A DNA stretch of 64,000 nucleotides from Phallusia mammillata (taxonomy: Eukaryota): the NCBI GenBank assembly GCA_965637545.1, contig OZ281499.1, positions 5,642,001-5,706,000 of the forward strand. Reading direction: 5' to 3'. Every line of letters starts with the position of its first letter. Within the stretch, counting starts at the first letter, position 1. The notes beneath the pieces are model-generated. The model made no database searches and was not told where the DNA came from. It was given only the letters and a program-made list of their open reading frames with translations. Made by a program: the position numbers and the translations under genes. This document shows, piece after piece, positions 61,501 to 64,000 of the stretch.

Positions 61501-63275
61501 ACTCACCCAATAGCTCCCCAGCCCTTTCAACAGTTTAACATTGGTTCCTTGCCTGCGCAAACGATTATGCCAAACAGCCCCATAGAACAAGAGGCTTGGC
61601 GCAACCTTATGATGTCATGTCGCCGTGATGTCACCAGCGCTCAAGAGCAGGCGTACGGTGTGTTACGTCATAGAGAACAGAAGGAGGCCGAAAAACGCGA
61701 GATGAATAAATACATCTTGAGTGTGATGAACCCAGAGGATAATAAGACACAGGTAGAACGGCTGTTTTATATTTTCACCATTTTTTTTAAAGAAAAGGGT
61801 CAAAATATTTGAACAGTCAACGTTTTTGCAAACACATACATAAGAATAACACATTAAACATTGACCAATATATGGACGTTTGATTTTTCAAGCAATTCTG
61901 TGTGGTTAACTATTTGTGTAAGATTAAGGACAATCTTTATTTCTTTAATTTGCGACATTTATATTGACGAACTCGGTTAATCGCATAATCTGTTTAGTTG
62001 CATCGAAAGGCCAAGCCACTTATTAAGAAAATCGCCAGCTTAAACGGATAATTCGTTTAATTGCATACGGTAGAAAGCTTGGTAAAATTGTTTCGTCATT
62101 AACGTACTTCGTCTGTTTTTAGATTAGCCTGATATGTTTTTGCGGTATCGTTTAATTTTGCGTAACAACACTGTTTTTTGTTGCAGGTCATTACGATTCC
62201 GAATGACAAATATTCTGGCACACAAAGTCACACTGAGATTCGTCTTGTTCCTATGAGATCCACAACATTCACCAAAAGATACGACTTCTCTGCTTTCAAG
62301 GTACGTCCGCTTCAGCGATTCTCAAACTGTTTGGCGCGAAATATTCGTTTTTGCAGAGCGCAAATCTCATTTCATGTTATAAGGCAGTGGTTCGTAACTT
62401 TGGGTAATTACCCCCAACGAGGGAGATGACGTCAGTGTTATGTGACGCCATTTTCGATTTTTGACAAGGGGTAAATAAAAATAATCAGGTTATACAAAAA
62501 ATTAAAGAAATACTTTTTTGGCTTAATAACCAAAAATCTTACCAGTACTTTTAAAAAAATTATTTTGTCAACAAATTGTAAAAAAACATTAGTTCACGTA
62601 TTTGAGCGTGGATGTTTTAGCCGAGGTGTAGCGCGATATACACTTGTTCTAAAACATGTAAATTCCAATGTAATGATGACACGTTGCGTCTTGATAGTGC
62701 TATGCCCTATATACACAGGAATGCTGTCATGCGCTTATATGGTTAGGTTGTGTTGTTTTGTTAAATTGCACCAGAGTTGAAAGTCAGACCAGGCTTTTTG
62801 AGCCTGGGTTGACCCTACTTAAACCATACCGCACTAGGTTCAGACCTGGCCCCACAATTGGCCACATTTTACTCATAAATTCGCCTGAAAAAATCTAAAT
62901 TTCGGACTTAATTTCAACAAATTTCAGGCTTAGGCAGTTTTTTGAACCCAATTTTCCTAGGCAGTTCTTGAACCCAATTTTCATTTGGCCACATTTTACT
63001 CATAAATTCGCCTTAAAAAATCTAAATTTCGGACTTAATTTCAACTAATTCTCAGTTTAGGCAGTTTTTTGAACCCAATTTTAGGCCGCTTTTTACAGTT
63101 GTAATTTATACCAAGTAGTAGTCTAGTGCTTGACAAATTGATTGTTTTGTCACAGAGCGTACTACCACGTCAACACATCAACCCATACAGGATTAAAATG
63201 GAGGGAGAGGGTTACGGGAGCGACGATCTTCGCAATTTGATCCTGGCCAGTCTAAGTGTTGTCAAATGCTCACAG
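55596..63275 (+). CDS. HECA: Headcase protein homolog (3'-partial, continues beyond the window)
   Basis: MPGKRNRK...; MVKLICNYDGCTSSQFMHVECFTHWEEGIL; GRARSWSEKQRRQNLWTKRGYDLAYRACMCKCKHGHLRKDLDW (59082-59228); Pro/Ser-rich exon 60864-61751; INPYRIKMEGEGYGSDDLRNLIL (63156-63275). Confidence 0.93.
62858..63085. repeat. ~127-bp direct duplication inside an intronic repeat
   Basis: ggccacattttactcataaattcgcct(g/t)aaaaaatctaaatttcggacttaatttcaac...ggcagttttttgaacccaatttt occurs at ~62860 and ~62987. Confidence 0.85.
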
Positions 63276-63482
63276 GTGTGTATGGTAGTGATGTAGCGAA
63301 AAAAAATCTGACTTTAGACAAGGTCTGCAATGAGTGTTAAAGAGAATAATAAGCGTACTGATGCTACAATCCGGTAATGGTGGGATTCGAACCCACGACG
63401 GGAGCCTTATATGAACCTAATTTCAAGGCCGTTCGTAAATATAGCCCTAAATGTCCAACGCAGGCTAGATAGATTTTTATGG

Positions 63483-63860
63483 GTCCCCTTCCCTGAAGGG
63501 GACGCATCTTGATTTCACTATGTTTGTTTTTTTTTCTTTTTTTTTTCTTTTTTTTTCTTTTTTCCGCCGTGAAGTTTGTCCATGCACTTTTGGCAACAAA
63601 TCTTTGTTGGATTTGGATGAAACTTTCACAGATTGAAGATATGGTTATGTAGATGTGCCTTTTGGTTTGTTTGACTTAATCACCCCAGTATTTACCCCAC
63701 CAGCCCCTTAAAATGGGTAAAATTTTAAACAATGTCCGAATTGGATGAAATTTGGACAGTTTGTTCTTTGTGCCATAATTAGGTGTCGTTTGTTGTGTTT
63801 CACCCTGCAGCCCCAATATTTACCCCACCAGCCCCCTAAAATGGGTAAAAGTTTAAACAA
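63483..63860 (-). mobile_element. Second copy of the Helentron-like element (opposite orientation to 12085-12930)
   Basis: Hairpin gtccccttccctgaaggggac (63483-63503) is the exact reverse complement of 12904-12924; followed by T runs and ccccagtatttacccc..gcccct units. Confidence 0.65.
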
Positions 63861-64000
63861 TGTCCGTGTCACGTACCTGTTTTCACGGGTACGCAAAAGA
63901 TGGGACTGACTATCGGAAGTTCTTTGACAACTAACGCTCGTGTACTCTGATCGGCAGCAAACCTCTTCTTTTACATTTATTCACATCCAACCACAACCAA

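Noticed and set aside
61108-61590. 160-aa antisense ORF
   Set aside because: Shadow of the GC-rich Pro/Ser exon of HECA.

Overview
AT-rich, intron-compact eukaryotic DNA from an invertebrate animal, most likely a tunicate/ascidian (inference from gene content and style, not proven). Gene order: NOMO (-, 824-16122); a cluster of four iodothyronine-deiodinase selenoprotein genes (A -, B +, C +, D -; 17701-28143), each with an in-frame TGA at the Sec position and a 3'-UTR SECIS; AMD1/SAM decarboxylase (+, 31080-36384) preceded by a MAGDIS-type uORF (MGFDVS*); a 36-codon phospholamban/sarcolipin/sarcolamban-like micropeptide ORF (+, 38417-38527) that is below the ORF-track threshold; a PLAC8-family gene (+); Rab32/38 (-); an intronless TLC-domain gene (-); and headcase/HECA (+, runs off the window). 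Introns and spacers hold many hAT MITEs (several with perfect 8-bp TSDs), other MITEs, a tRNA-derived SINE family, Helentron-like elements and minisatellites. Best leads: the candidate SERCA-regulator micropeptide, the SECIS-bearing deiodinase A with a rewritten active site (SGS-U-HFF), and the layered uORF system of AMD1. All gene models and RNA folds were done by eye; no searches were run.
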